Assembly: GCA_002269645.1 (NCBI GenBank)
Contig: NIVC01001216.1
Location: 124,001-188,000 of the forward strand
DNA length: 64,000 nucleotides
Origin: Macrostomum lignano
Lineage: Eukaryota
Reading direction: 5' to 3'
The notes below the pieces were generated by a model. The model did no database searches and had not been told where the DNA came from. It saw only the letters and a program-made list of their open reading frames with translations. Position 1 is the stretch's first letter; every line of letters begins with the position of its first letter. Of the stretch, positions 63,225 to 64,000 are shown piece after piece. Position numbers and translations under genes: made by a program.

Positions 63225-64000
63225 TCCGGGTTTTTGCGCCCACCTCTGGCTTATTCGAGTTTTCTGGCTTATCGAGTTTTCTGGCTTATTCGAGCTTTCG
63301 CGCCGTCCTTTTAGCATATTCGGGTTTTGGCGCCGCCCTTTGAGCATATTCGGGTTTTGGCGCCAACCTCTGGCTTTTACGAGTTTGGCGCCAACCTCTG
63401 GCTTTTACGAGTTTTGGCGCCAACCTCTGACTTTTACGAGTTTTGGCGCCAACCTCTGGCTTTTACGAGTTTTGGCGCCAACCTCTGGCTTTTACGAGTT
63501 TTGGCGCCAACCTCTGGCTTTTACGAGTTTTGGCGCCACCCTCTTATAATATTCGGGTTTAGGCGCCGCCCTTTGAGCATATTCGGGTTTAGGCGCCGCC
63601 CTTTGAGCATATTCGGGTTTTGGCGCCAACCTCTGGATTTTACGAGTTTTGGCACCAACCTCTGGCTTTTACAAGTTTTGGAGCCACCCTCTTATAATAT
63701 TCGGGTTTAGGCGCCGCCCTTTGAGCATATTCGGGTTTTGGCGCCAACCTCTGGCTTTTACGAGTTTTGGCGCCAACCTCTGGCTTTTACGAGTTTTGGA
63801 GCCACCCTCTTATAATATTCGGGTTTGGGCGCCGCCCTTTGAGCATATTCGGGTTTTGGCGCCGCCCTTTGAGCATATTCGGGTTTTGGCGCCGCCCTTT
63901 GAGCATATTCGGGTTTAGGCGTCGCCCTTTGAGCATATTCGGGTTTTGGCGCCAACCTCTGGCTTATTCGGGTTTTGGCGCCAACCTCTGGCTTATTCGG
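63225..64000. repeat. Compound 29/30-bp minisatellite in MON2 intron 2
   Basis: Alternating ggcgccaacctctggcttttacgagtttt and ggcgccgccctttgagcatattcgggtttt units. Confidence 0.95.

Noticed and set aside
63143-63955. ORF extension of MON2 exon 2 and repeat ORFs
   Set aside because: A strong donor AAG|GTCAGT lies at 63143, homology ends there, and the remainder is minisatellite.

Overview
Intron-containing eukaryotic (invertebrate animal) genomic DNA, not prokaryotic. The gene style, SINE content and dense intronic minisatellites would fit a flatworm such as Macrostomum, but that attribution is only an inference. The left half is a minus-strand tandem cluster of SVOP/SV2-like MFS transporter genes: three intact 6-exon paralogs (9155-12140, 16024-18336, 28158-34647), a rearranged frameshifted pseudogene (4344-5274) and an orphan exon 2 (13121-13492). 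The cluster is interspersed with transposon debris: a hAT element with 8-bp TSD, a P/THAP element with 7-bp TSD, mariner, a scrambled Ty3/gypsy, two tRNA-derived SINE families and several inverted-repeat elements. The right half holds a copine-like C2-C2 gene with a GC-AG intron and no vWA domain, two tandem C-type-lectin/PAN-like genes differing by one intron, two Tc1/IS630-like remnants, an MS4A/CD20-like four-TM gene and the first two exons of MON2. The most notable observations are a small sixth SVOP exon missed by the ORF track that carries a conserved YG[ST]V sorting-type motif, an inverted and permuted gypsy structure, and strong over-representation of short motifs (CCATAGAC, TACGAGCGTA, clustered palindromic octamers). 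Exon models were assembled by hand from splice sites and paralog comparison; no searches were run.
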